Origin: Nageia nagi
Taxonomy: Eukaryota > Plantae > Pinophyta
Direction of reading: 5' to 3'
DNA length: 64,000 nt
Assembly: GCA_050084985.1 (NCBI GenBank)
Contig: JBITNC010000001.1
Coordinates: forward strand, 28,272,001-28,336,000
The translations under genes were made by a program, and so were the position numbers. The first letter of the stretch is position 1; each line of letters opens with the position of its first letter. Below are positions 44,193 through 57,129 of the stretch, one piece after another. The notes under the pieces were generated by a model, which saw only the letters and a program-made list of their open reading frames with translations, was not told the origin of the DNA and searched no databases.

Positions 44193-47100
44193 CTTCCCCT
44201 TAATGTAAAATTGGGTAGAGTCAAAAAGACAAAGAAGAAAGAGAAAGAGAGAGTTATCCTCCAAGATATACAAGTGGAGATAATAACTTTTTACATCTTT
44301 GAGAAAGTAATAAAATATAAATAGTTCTACAATGGCTCAACTATTTAACCATTTAAAAAAATGGTTTTACAATACAATCATTAACCAAAAAATAGTTTCT
44401 TTGTATAAGAGTAGTCATTCAACAACATGTTGACATGATGAGCCTCCATGAGCCTACATACTCCAGTAACCTAAAATCTTAAGAAGAACCTGCAAGCTAC
44501 AAGCAGCTTAAAAATAAGATCAACTAGATACATTATATACATTTATATAAGATAGATGTCATTCATAAACTAATCAAATATACCAAGTCATCACATATGC
44601 ACAATCAACCAAGTGATATTAATGCATTCTCAACTAAGGATAAAAAATATCATCAATCTTTATAAAAAAATTTGATTTTTGATTTTTGTATTTATTTGTG
44701 TTTGTTTATTTTAGATTATTATTTTATATTTGTTGAAGGTATATGAAGGTGTCATCATAACATAATATTTCATAATTTAATTCTCTACCTTGATGATAAC
44801 TTCACCAAAGAAATACTTATGTGACCACGTTAGCTTAACCATATCACAAATGATCAAAAAATAATATAACTAAACCATAACTTTAGTTTTAAGCCACACA
44901 TGCCAACTTGACTAAACACAAAGTCAAGATTTACAAAGCATAAGCCATATACTAAATAAACTTGACTTTACCAAGAGTGAGTCAAGATGCCATAATAAAT
45001 AAAATTGACTTTATCAAGAGTGAATCAAGATGCCATCTTAACCATGCTACTAGTTAATATAAATATGATGAAAAAGATAACATTCATTCAACAAAGATGC
45101 AATTTTCCATTAAAGATTGCAATGTGGAGAAGGGAAAACCTTTTTAACCATTCCAACATTCAATAATCACGAAGAAGGTTGAACCTTTTTAACCACTCTA
45201 AGAATGTAGTTATGAAGAAGGTCAAACCTTTTTGACCACTCCATACACTACAAGAAGCTAAGTGGTAAATAATCCACCATCATGGATAAACTTCCCAACA
45301 CAGAAATAAAATATGGTAAACAGTGCCTTATAAGTCATCATGAAGATGCTAAGCCAATACTTATAGTCACAACCCTCTTAAAGATGAAGTAAGCATTACT
45401 TAACTCTTTGAGGATAAATTTATCAATGAAATCTTGTTTTAATGGACAATAAACGTAAAGTCCCATAAAAAAAATTACTTCTTGATAAAAATATGCTTCG
45501 ATTTTATATTTTCTAGCAATCTGGCACAATCCATCAACATGGATATTATTTCAAAATATGGAAGTATACTTAGATTTTACTTCTCTTAAAGGGTAACTTC
45601 ATAAAAATTAAAGCATATTACAAAATTGTACACATGTAGAGTGGAATATACACTTCTCAAAGGTACTTGTACACTTCCTTTCCAAAGAAAGATTAATATT
45701 GCATTATCAATATCTTTAATAAGTCTTATGAAGAAAAATTTAAAAACTTTGACTCCAACAAGTATAATATCCATTGTTGAGTAAGTTAATTAACTCTACT
45801 CTAACAAACATGGGTGCACAATAAAAAAAAATATCCAACTAGGATAAAAAAATAATGTACACAACTAATGAGGATAGTAATGTTTGAAGAAAGTTTACAC
45901 AAACTTTTACTTCAAATGATGTTCATAATAGAATTATTTTGGAAGTTAAAAAAAAACTACCATATCAACCATTGATAACAAATGCCAATTCATAGTTCAA
46001 TGCACATAATAAATCTTTGTGCAATATAAATTAATCTTAATTTGCAATCCAAAGGATAGTGCATAAAATATTAAACAAATTTTCATAATGCACATCTACA
46101 AGTTTCCATTTTAATAATATGCAAATTTAATTATCAATATATTGACATTATCAATTAATGTTATCAATTAAAGTTGATATAAATATATCCAATGTTGAAA
46201 TAATTTGCAAGTAATGGTTGAAACTAATTGCTTTATACATCAACATTTTTTTAAAAAAATTACCAAACAAGGAATATATTTTGCAAAATATCATAGTATT
46301 TTACCTTAAAAAATCATCCAAAACTTTAAGAAAAGATTTGATACTTATCAAATATTATATTTTCAAAAACCACATTCGAGTAAAAAAAATATCAGTAATC
46401 TCACTATCATCATTGTCATCATTAACATTATCATTGCTATCATTCTCGTGATTATCTATATTTGGCACATCAATTTTGCAAGCACTTCTAGATTTAGCAT
46501 ATCACTATCATGATTATCATTTTTAATCATGTCATCATCATGATTATCACTATTGATCAAAACATCATCATTTGCAATGGGATCATGATCAATAATCATA
46601 TAATCACTAGTTATGGTATCAAATTGATTATTTTTAGCATCTATGCAAGAACTAAAAACTTAATCAATAGAAATTGCATCATTAGAATGTTCATCAAGAG
46701 AAATTTCATCATTAGAATGTTCATCAAGAGAAATAATATCATTAGTCTTTTTATCAGTTTGAGTCATCATACTTACCTCTAGATGTTGTGTGTGGATCAA
46801 GTCTTTAATATATGAGATGCTATATAGTACTATACTTATAGCACACATTAGTAACATGAAACCTAGAGCAAAAAATGATACCATGCATGTAACATATAAT
46901 ATTCTACATAATATTATCAATGTAATACATGATATCTTGTATACACTACAAAACAAAATGTGTTTAATGTCAAGGTGCATGTTAGATCCCTTTGTTATTA
47001 ATTTTTTCTAAAATCCTGATACCATATCTGATGCTAACATGCACATTAGTAACACATCATTTTTTGCATCATCCCAAAATGCAATATTATGTTTATGGTA

Positions 47101-47560
47101 TCATCATCATTGCATCAAAGAGGGTGTCAAGTATTTCAAATTTTGCATCACTAGTTACTGCTACGTAGTATCTTTCTTAGCATCAATTTTTATTATTTAC
47201 TATCTTTTAAAGTGACTTTTGTAGCATCTTATATCGCATCAAATTATTAAAATTTTATATCATCATTTTTGATAATGAGGGCATATCTTTTATTGTTAAT
47301 ATATATAAATATGGTATCATCTTTAGTATATTTATATCTTTACTTGTGTTAACAATTTTAAATTTAACGTTGTCACTTTCAAATTTGAGGCATCTTGTAT
47401 AACATCATTTAGTTTTAGATAGGTGTCTGCTATTGCATATTATATTGCATCATACATAACATCAATTATATATCATGCACAAAAAAATCTTATTTAGTAT
47501 CATCTATAACATCCATCGGTAATTATAATTCATTATTTTTGCATCTTCACTAGCATCAGT
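44193..47560 (-). mobile_element. Highly decayed internal region of the copia-like element
   Basis: Adjoins the PPT; only faint RT-like remnants at about 45380-45480; low-complexity (ATC)-rich stretch. Confidence 0.4.
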
Positions 47561-48279
47561 AATTATGTTAGGAAGTAAAAATATATGTATTTATAAATTT
47601 GTAATTTTTTTGGTAAGGGTAAATCGAAGGGGTTTTTTATATAGGAATCCACCTATAAAAAATAATTTTGATTCTTTATCCTTCCTTATTTATTTTATTT
47701 AGCTCTAAATGATAGAGAGATTCTTGGAAATGCACAACCCAGATTCTAGTTACATTCAAATGTATATCTATTTAAGTCTAAAATATAAGATTCCATCAAC
47801 TACAGAGTCCATAGTGTTCCTATATTCAAACCATAGTTTGATTCTTCTTAGGTTTGAGGAGAGCCTCACCCAAACCTAATTAGTATAGTTTATTTACCCA
47901 CCATTATATCGTTTACATCTTTGAGTGTATCTGTTATGAAGTTCATAGTGTGCCCATCACCTCCATGGATATTAGAGCATATAAAATATTATGAGAATCC
48001 ACTAATAGAATCTATCAAAGAAAGGTATGCCTCCTATGTTCATAAGTTATCCTTGATATTCCCCTATGCAACCCTATTGAGTGACCCACTAAGCTCTTGA
48101 TTAAGGTGGTAGTATACTTTATGTGTAACCAAAGCTACCCTCAAAGAGTCGATAACCAAACCCTAATAAGTGTAGAATAATTATCATCTAGGAAAAAGCT
48201 AACCAAAATCCTCTAGGTCACCATCGTACTAGAAGAATCCTTAACATCGAAGAGAAGGTCTTCACTTACATAGATGCAA

Positions 48280-48635
48280 GTGAGGGGGAGGGAAACATGA
48301 GTGGTGGGGGGAGTATAGAAATGGGTGAGGGGGGATATATATGTAAGGGAGGGTGGGAGGCATGCTTGTGCAAGGGGGAGGGAGGGTAAGATGTGAGGTA
48401 GACTCAAGAGAGAGGGGATCATTAGGTAGGGAAGGGGGCATGCAAGTACAATGAGGAGAGAGATAAAGGTGTGCAGGGGGAGGATGGGGAGATAAAGGTA
48501 TGTAGGAATGAAGGCAAGGGGTGGAGGGAGGGGGTAATGAAGGAAGGAGAGGGGGAGGGAGGAGGAGGGATAAAGAGGAGGGAACAAAGGTGTGAAGGAA
48601 GAGGGGGGCAGAGGGAGGGAGAGGGGTTGGGGGAT
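48280..48635 (+). repeat. G/A-rich low-complexity tract with G-quadruplex-compatible runs inside the LTR
   Basis: For example GGGGGcagaGGGaGGGagaGGGGttGGGGG at about 48603-48633. Confidence 0.75.
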
Positions 48636-50546
48636 ACTTGTAGTTGCATAAGCATAAGCAACCCCCCCTTTTTAAATATGTAATTATTTTTCAATATTAT
48701 ATTTTAAATTAATTTAATTTACTTATTAATTCTTATATTTTTGTAAATTTTTATACCATATTTTAATTCAAAAAAATTTATTTTATTAAATTGAAATGAA
48801 TTAAATAAATATAAATATTAAATATAGAATTCAACTCAAAAAGCTGTAAATATATCAAAATATCATATGACATCATAAATATAGCATAATATCAAATCAT
48901 AATTGTAGATGCCTAAGAATGAATTATTATTTATTAAATAATTCATTTTAGAGCCTCAATGATGTATTATGTAAAAAAAGGGTTAAAAATACCCAAAGCT
49001 ATGTAATTTATGTAATGGACCCTTATGGCATGTACAAAGGGTCAAAAAGATCAAAGTCATGTAAACATGCATCATATATAAAGGCATCAAATGATGACCT
49101 TAAACTTCACAGGCAAATGAATATGAGGAGGATTCTAGAGAGATTCTAGCACATGTTACATCACACTATTATGCATAAATATTATTCATAAGTTACATCC
49201 TATGTTTGATATTTGATGATTCTTTTATTTGCTCGTTGTTACATGCCTCTTCTAGGTTACCAATGACATGATTGTATTGGATTGCCAATGATTAATAAGC
49301 TTTAAGCAAACTTTACTATTTACTTAAATTTTTACTCCCTTCTTTCATTTATCAAAAGAGGGGTCATTTTTAGGTGTTTACATTTTACCCCTTTTTGAAA
49401 TACCCAACATTTTATATGTGGAGATTATTTAAAAAAACTAAGCCTATTTAAAATGGGGTACAAAAAAGTCTTGGACTTATTTTCCTTGATCTTAGGTCAA
49501 GATTTTGAATTAGCTTATTCTATATGAATAAGCTAAATCTGAGTGATTGGATTATGACTAAATCTATTTTTAATTCTTTTGCATTTGACATATTTTAAAA
49601 GCAATAAGTGTTGTAGTACAAGGCATTGAACTTAGGCAGTTATCACTATACTATTGTGTTATGGTGGTTGGATATAGGCAAAGTCTTAACTATCAAGTGT
49701 ATGCCATAACTAGCATGTGATAAAGAAGCTCCCTTATGAATACAAAGCTTTGATCATTCTACTCTTGACCCAGCAAGTGGATTACTTGATGATCTTACGC
49801 AAAAGTTCATCCAACAATTTTAATCACATCTAAACCCATCCTTTTTTCTCTATAAAAAGAAGGGTCATTTTTTGAATTCAAAGTTACTCAAGAGTTTTAG
49901 TTTTTTCAAAAACACTTGGTTTTAAATTAAGTTAACAAGTAGAGAACTCATATTTATTTTACCTTTAACATATATTTTTTAATTTTTAAGGTTTTATAAA
50001 TATCCTTTTATTTATTTATTATTATTATATATATATTATAATTTTACATGAGGTATGAAACATAATTTTCCTAATGTTACCTCATAAGGAACCCTGAGCA
50101 TATGTATTTCATTTAGATTTTTGAGAATGAGCATTTTAAGTGTCTTATATTTTTATCACGATCCTAAGCTAAGTTTATGTAAGGAAGAGCTTTTAATAAC
50201 TCATTTTATCATTTTGTCATTCATTTTTTTTATAATTTTGGAAAAAAGAATAAATAATATATGTATGAGAGCACTAAAATGGAAGGCTCAAATACATTTT
50301 TTCTTTTTGGGTTTCTTTGATAATTTTTCAATTTTTAGAAATTTTTATGATTTTTTAGGTCATTGGTAATCTGGTACTAGTCGTAGGTGATCCTTATGTA
50401 TCGTTAGCTCTTGATAATAAATCACTAGTGTTCGACTGCATGAGGGTTTAAAAAGAAAAAGATTTGTTATCACTTTCTTATTGACCTTTTAGTGGCTAGT
50501 CAAAGTTCTCTGACTACCCTACCCCACTTTTTCAGAGTTTGACCTT

Positions 50547-52500
50547 ATGCTTGTCATTTTCACCACTCTTATGAGCCAAGATGTCGCCATGAAGATGGTA
50601 GATGCATTGCAAGAGGCCCATGAGAGAAGAGGTAGGGGTTTAAAAAACCCTCTTTTTAATTTTTTATTTATTAATTCATTTTTACTCTATTTTTGAAAAA
50701 ATAGAAACCATAAAACACTTAGGAATATTTTATAGGAGTTTTTTAGCCATTTAGATTTTCATTTAGGCTCTTTTTTTTAATTTATGTTTAAAATCCTTGA
50801 TCATGATTATCGACTAGAGTCGAAGGGTTTCAGGGTTATCAATGTTTGAGTTTTAAATGCTAGTGATTCTAAACCTTAATCAACTGATCATCGACCTTTT
50901 ACTTTAGGTTAAATAATTTTTTTTTAATTTTTAAATTTTTTGACTTATATTATTATTAATTGATGTTAGGTTTGTTACATCTTCAAGCTTAGAGGGAGAT
51001 ATCCTTGTATACTTGAGGATGGACATGTTTTATTGACTACTATAGATCAAACTTTTCTTCATGTTGTTGGATTTGGAACTGGGCCCCACATGGGTTGTAT
51101 TCATTGGGATTATCCATTATTGGCACCCTTGTTAGAGAGATGAGATTCTTTGATTGGTACCTTCCATCTTCTTATGGGGGAGATGATTATTACAATGGAG
51201 GACATCCATCATTTATATCATTTACCTATTTAGGGTTAACGAATTCAACATGCATTAGATCGAGATTCAATGCATCTTAATATTATAGAAGTCTATGGGG
51301 TAGGTGCAGTTGATGGAGTTATAAATGAGATGTTTTCTAGGGGTATTCCATACTTTAGGTATTCAAATAACAATCAGTAAGGTCTTCTTAGAACCTCCTA
51401 TTTGATGGGGCTTATCTAGTGTTACTCTCTCCCATATACTAGCAGTGGGAGGTTTCCTTGGTCTGTATTACATGTAGTGGACAATATGCTATAGTAGAGG
51501 ATAGAATATGCTTGGGCTCCCACATTATTAGCCTAAATCTACTGAGATATATTCTTTTATTCTTTAGGCCATAGAGCCTCATTATCAATCACTATTACTC
51601 TTCAAGCATGGGCCTACGACATATCCAAATAGCTCATCCTTTGGGGCTTCTAGTGCCTAGTTTTGGTACCCACACAACTTATCCCATCGATGTCATGCAT
51701 TGGCAAGAGGACTTTTACACTCATCCTTTAGATGGTATTCAATGAGATGTCACCTATTATCAAAGGATGATCACTCACCTCATTGTAAAACAGGTGAGGT
51801 TCTGACCCTACCATGGTTACCTAGTTTGAGATGAGTTTGCAACATAATTAATGGGCATTAGGTAGGCTTGAGTTCTTAATGGTCTATGGACTGAGTTCTT
51901 AGAGTACTACTTTAAGCTTTTGCACTATCAATTTGATTTGGTGTAAGATGTTCCACCAACACTTCTACATTTTTTGAGAGGAAGAGCTACTAATTAAGGG
52001 GATTTAACCCCTAGTTTATGCAGATCTAGATCCTACATAGGAGGAGCCCTTGATAGAGGATGTAGGTGCTAATGATATGGGTGTGACTAAGGCTTTCTAT
52101 GCCTAGTGGTAGGTGGAGCTAGATGCCAAGGATAGTGATGTGCTATAGTGTAGAGTAAACCAGTAAGCAGTTGAGCCTAAGGTAGCTATTAAGGTTTGGG
52201 GAGGATGTTGAGGAGTAGATGGATGAGGAGAGGGTCAAGGAGTAAGCAGTTTAGGAGATTGAGGTAGGTACTTCTACCAAAGGTGCGAAGGGAGGTGGAG
52301 CTCCTCCTCCATAGGTACCTAGAATTGATGCCCTCTTGGAAGATTTATATGAGTTGAGATACCAAGTTTCTCAAATTAGTGCCCGTATGTATCAATATCA
52401 AGTTGAGAGAGATAGATATCATTGAGAGAGGGATTAGGCTCGAGCCTCTTCACAAGCTAGAGGTGTAAATACATCTGTAAAGGGGATTTGGTCATCCATC
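50547..52500 (+). pseudogene. Plant mobile domain (PMD, aminotransferase-like) pseudogene, antisense within the retroelement
   Basis: LAPLLER*DSLIGTFHLLMGEMIITMEDIHHLYHLPI*G (about 51120-51236), EYAW (about 51505), LQAWAY (about 51600); candidate intron 50632-50969. Confidence 0.8.
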
Positions 52501-55500
52501 AATATTTATTCATGGGATTCTTCAATAGAGGGATTATTACTCCTCTATTTTCTAAATATGGTTGATAGGGGTACCTCCATACATTCATGGCATGCTCTAT
52601 CCAGTCCCTCCTATCACATATGTCCTTGTAGATGTCCTAATTTAATAAGCACATAGTGGAGGTTAGCAAACTACCAGTACTCAGGGTAGGGTTGTTAGAC
52701 CTATTGCATCTCACAACCATAGTAGGACAAGTGGGGTTTCTTTGTAGCACCTAGTGGGATCATCTAAAATTTGTAGAGTGACTCGATCTACGAGTCCTAT
52801 AGGTTTAGTGGGCACTACTCACCCTAGATAGGGTAGAGTTGGTAGTCCTACATATGGTTTGAGGGTATTTTAGTGATGGAGTTACTTATTTTTATATTTC
52901 ATGTTAGACTATGTTATTTATTTTTTTATATTTCATGTTAGACTATGTTATTTATTTTTTTGAGATCATGGAGGGCATGATCATTTCATATGTTTAGACA
53001 TGTTATTTGTAGGCTTATTTTTTGATGACATTATCTATTTTTTGGATCATGGTAGTCATTATTTATGGTTAGTTTTTCTATATGGATTGGATGAATGGCT
53101 TATGTGGTAGACACTTGGTTATATATATATATGGTGATAGCTTTAGACTTTTACATGTATGTTTTAATTATCATGTTAATGTATGTTTATGTTTATATGT
53201 TTTCCAAATGTGTGTGTTTAAAATGGAAATGTATGAGAGTTTATTTTTCATGTTTTCATTTAGTTTTGAGACCTTATTTATGATATATTTCATAAATACA
53301 AAGTGATATTTATATTTATATAGGACTACTATGTTTGTATAACAAGATTTGATTTGTAGGAGAATGAAATTAAATGCATCATTTTCCATTTCCTTGGCTA
53401 CTTTTATACATGGTTATGAACATAAATACTGGTATAAACATATGTGATATCATGAATAATATGAATGTATGGATGTAAAACACACACAAGATTTACAAAA
53501 CACTTTATGGATGTAATAATGGATACACATAGATGTACATGGACAAATGTTATATGAATGTAAAATGTATGAAACTTTAAATGACCTAAGTTTTTTATGA
53601 ATGACATAATAACTTAGACATCAATCTTAATGCTTTGGCAACTTATCAAGTTTTATAATAATAATAATGATGGTATGGAATGAATGAATGTATAAATAAA
53701 GAAATATAATGAATTACACCTTCAATACCAAGTTTCATCAATTAATCTTTTGCTTTGATCTCATCTACAAGGGATGATATAAAATAAGGTCATAATATAC
53801 TTAAGTTTACCATAAGCTCATTTATGTGCAATGATATTCATTTTCTTTTTTAATATTCACAAACTAAATACCCTAGGATTATAAATTGTGAGATATGATT
53901 TTTGTTTTTGTAAGTATGCTTCACTACCAAAATGCATCCATAGCCCTAGTGAAGGTTAACCCTTTCATCCCATCATAGCCTTTCTCTATTACCAACTAGG
54001 CATCCATAGCCCTGATAGAGGATACTACAATGGCCCAAGAATTCTACATCTTATTTTCTCCTCTTTCCTTTTTCTTTTTCTTTTATTTCTTTTTCTCCTA
54101 TCCTAGCTCTTGGGTTTAGAATGAAGCAAAAAGTAAGAGAACCATACTCACATTTATACTCAAGAAATATTCAATTCTTGATTATTTCAAGATCTTAATG
54201 TGAAAATGTGTACAAACCTATTAATGCATTGCTATATATCATAGTTATGTCTTTTTATCATCCTAGTTTTTGAAATTTCAACATAGCATCTTTCAATAAA
54301 AACCAAGCATGAATAGAGTATTTATTGCCTACTTCTTTATCTATAAATACAATTATGTATAAAGAGAAATATTATATAGATGTATGTATGATATATGGAT
54401 ACATATAACTTAATTAGTTTCCTCCCTTATAATGATTGATATCTAATAACTATGACATTCAAAGTGAAGGACTAAACATTTATGGTTTTATATTTTTTTA
54501 TTAATTTTTTTATATTTTTTGATTTTTTCAATGTTTTTGTATTTTTTTTAAATGTTTCTTAAATGAATAAAAATCTACATCAAATCAAAGGGTGGAAATG
54601 ACAACGGGTGCGAATGGTATGATCAATGACCCACTGCATAGAACCATAGGTGACAGACATGGACAACATGAAATACCAACACCAAAGGTTCATAGATAAT
54701 AGATAGGCTATGATGACATCATCAAAAATATCTTCTTTAGGATGCAGAAGATGCGGATCATAGAACTTAATAAATCTAACTACCAAATGGATAACAAGAG
54801 CATTAATCATAATCCTCCATATAAAATTAGGTCTAGAAGGCATGTAGATGAGATTTTGAAGAAACTCTTCATCAAGTATATTGTAGATTATACAAGTTTT
54901 CCAACAAGGTTGGTGGTTAATAAACATCTCTATCTGATGAGAGTTTTTGAGGGCATCATAGGCTCTATAATAGTTTTCTAGAGTGATGGTTAAGGTTGCT
55001 ATAGAAAAAATCTAATGTTGTATACTCTCAAGTAATTGGTGAAAATGACCCTAACTTTGGAACTTGGATAGGGTCTCTTAGAGGGCCACTGGGAAATGTA
55101 TAGGGTGACAATGAAATGCAAAAGGGTGTCAATTTCCATGGGATAGGAGCATCATAGTGTGAATACCCCTTGTGCTAATGGGTAGGAGGACTAATACAAT
55201 GTGTATGACTCATGATGCCACATTTATGCAAACTAATCACCTACAATATCAAATGCGAATGTTTTTTAGAATTTTGTAAGGAGTTTTTTATGGACAAAAA
55301 TATGTACACACACATATATTCATACAAGAAAACTTTTCAACAATTTTTTAAATTATTTACATATTTTTTTATTGATTATATTTTTTATTTTGTAGGACAA
55401 AAAACATTTTTACAACTCCTCATTGACAATGATTCCCTTATTTTACGGATAACCCAACCTTTATGACTCAAGAAATAGAAGTGTGGAGGTTGAACTAAAA

Positions 55501-57129
55501 AATGAGCAGGTCCTGGTCCTAGAATAGATGGTTGATAACAAATGGGATACAAAATGAGTGGAAAGATAGGTGGATGATGCTTTAACTTCTTAATAATGCT
55601 TTTTGGCCTAGCCAAAGATGTCAAAACCTCATCATTCTTAAAAAGTGGAAGGTGACATGGAATTTCTAAAAATTACAAAGATCAAGGGGGAAGTAATGAT
55701 GTGAGGGTGATTGCACTCTGAATGAGATACTGGATATACTCATTTTTCATTAGTTTAACTATAACCTCACTCTTTCTTTGGTTAAAGCATTTGAAGGTCC
55801 TTTGAAACCTTAGTTTTACATTAGTTGGATTATTTTCATAATAATTTTTACTAAATAGTGAACTATAATCATATATGATTTCATTATGTTGAATTGAGTG
55901 GGTATTATAGTTTAGCACCAAGTCATTGATAACTTTGTTTAGAGAGAATGACCTCCCATGGCATCGAGGGCTCATATGATCCACATAATTTAATAGGATC
56001 TTGGGTCTTTCATAAGGCGAATGCAAGCAAAAAAGGTGGATCCAATTTGTTAGGGAGTCAATTTCCATCCACATATCATTTGCTTCCAACATAATGGTTG
56101 CTTTAAAATCATTAATTTTTAAGTCCCATGCATTAGTTCCTCACTAATTATAAAAATTCATGGCTATAACTTCTTGAATTTCTTTTGGTAAAGCAAAGAA
56201 CTAGGATATCTCAGTGTAAGGACACTTTCTCAATGCTTGAATATAATGATATTTAGGATATCTATCAACAAAATCATGACCCATAGAATTAACTAACAAT
56301 TGTGTTTGTTCATTAATTTTTAGATTTCTTGGTATTTAAGGATCTTATTTGAGTGTTGCATGGAGGAGGATTAGGGAACCTTGACCTAACTTGAGAAAAA
56401 TGTCGATCAATCTTTTTGCACACATCTAATTGGTCATTGAGGCTTATGGACAAACATTGTGTAAAAGTCATAAACTATCTTATGATGAAAAAGGTCTCTT
56501 GTCATTTGGTCTATCCATGTAAATAGAAAATCCTCATTCAACCAAGTATTAATAACTCTATCATGGATCCAATTGTTGAAAAAATAATCAATTATGATCC
56601 TATGGGTTGATGTAGACCAATATTGACACAAAAAGTTTATCATTCAAACTTGAGTGAAATAATATGTATGAATCAAATGATACATGGCTTTATCTACATA
56701 AATTTATAGGTTATCTTCTTGAACACTTATCTCCCATCCTTGAAATCTTTCTAGTGATAAGTTTAAGGGTAGGGCTCTTTGTAAATAGATAAGTAAATGA
56801 AGGAAATTCTTATTTCTAGAAGAAACATGCAGAGATAATTTAGCTATAGCCCTATCTCCCAAGTATCTCAATTTCTTGTACCAAGATGTTTATTGAATGC
56901 CTTCTTGATCTGCAATCAGGTGGATGCTTTTACTCTTTTTTGATACCATTTTCTATTTCAAATACATTAAATATATATAAGTCTCAAGAAAAGCACTCTT
57001 ATTATTTTTGAACTAAAGACTTATTTACAATATATTCAATTTCCAGTTAAAAAAATTTACTATCTATAGAAAGGATGAAGGTGCATGATATCTATAGGTT
57101 CATGCTCTTCATTACCTTCCATATTAACT

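Noticed and set aside
48213-48694. Pro/Leu-rich and Gly/Glu-rich ORFs as extensin-like or glycine-rich proteins
   Set aside because: They are translations of the G-rich LTR tract and are open on both strands because of low complexity.
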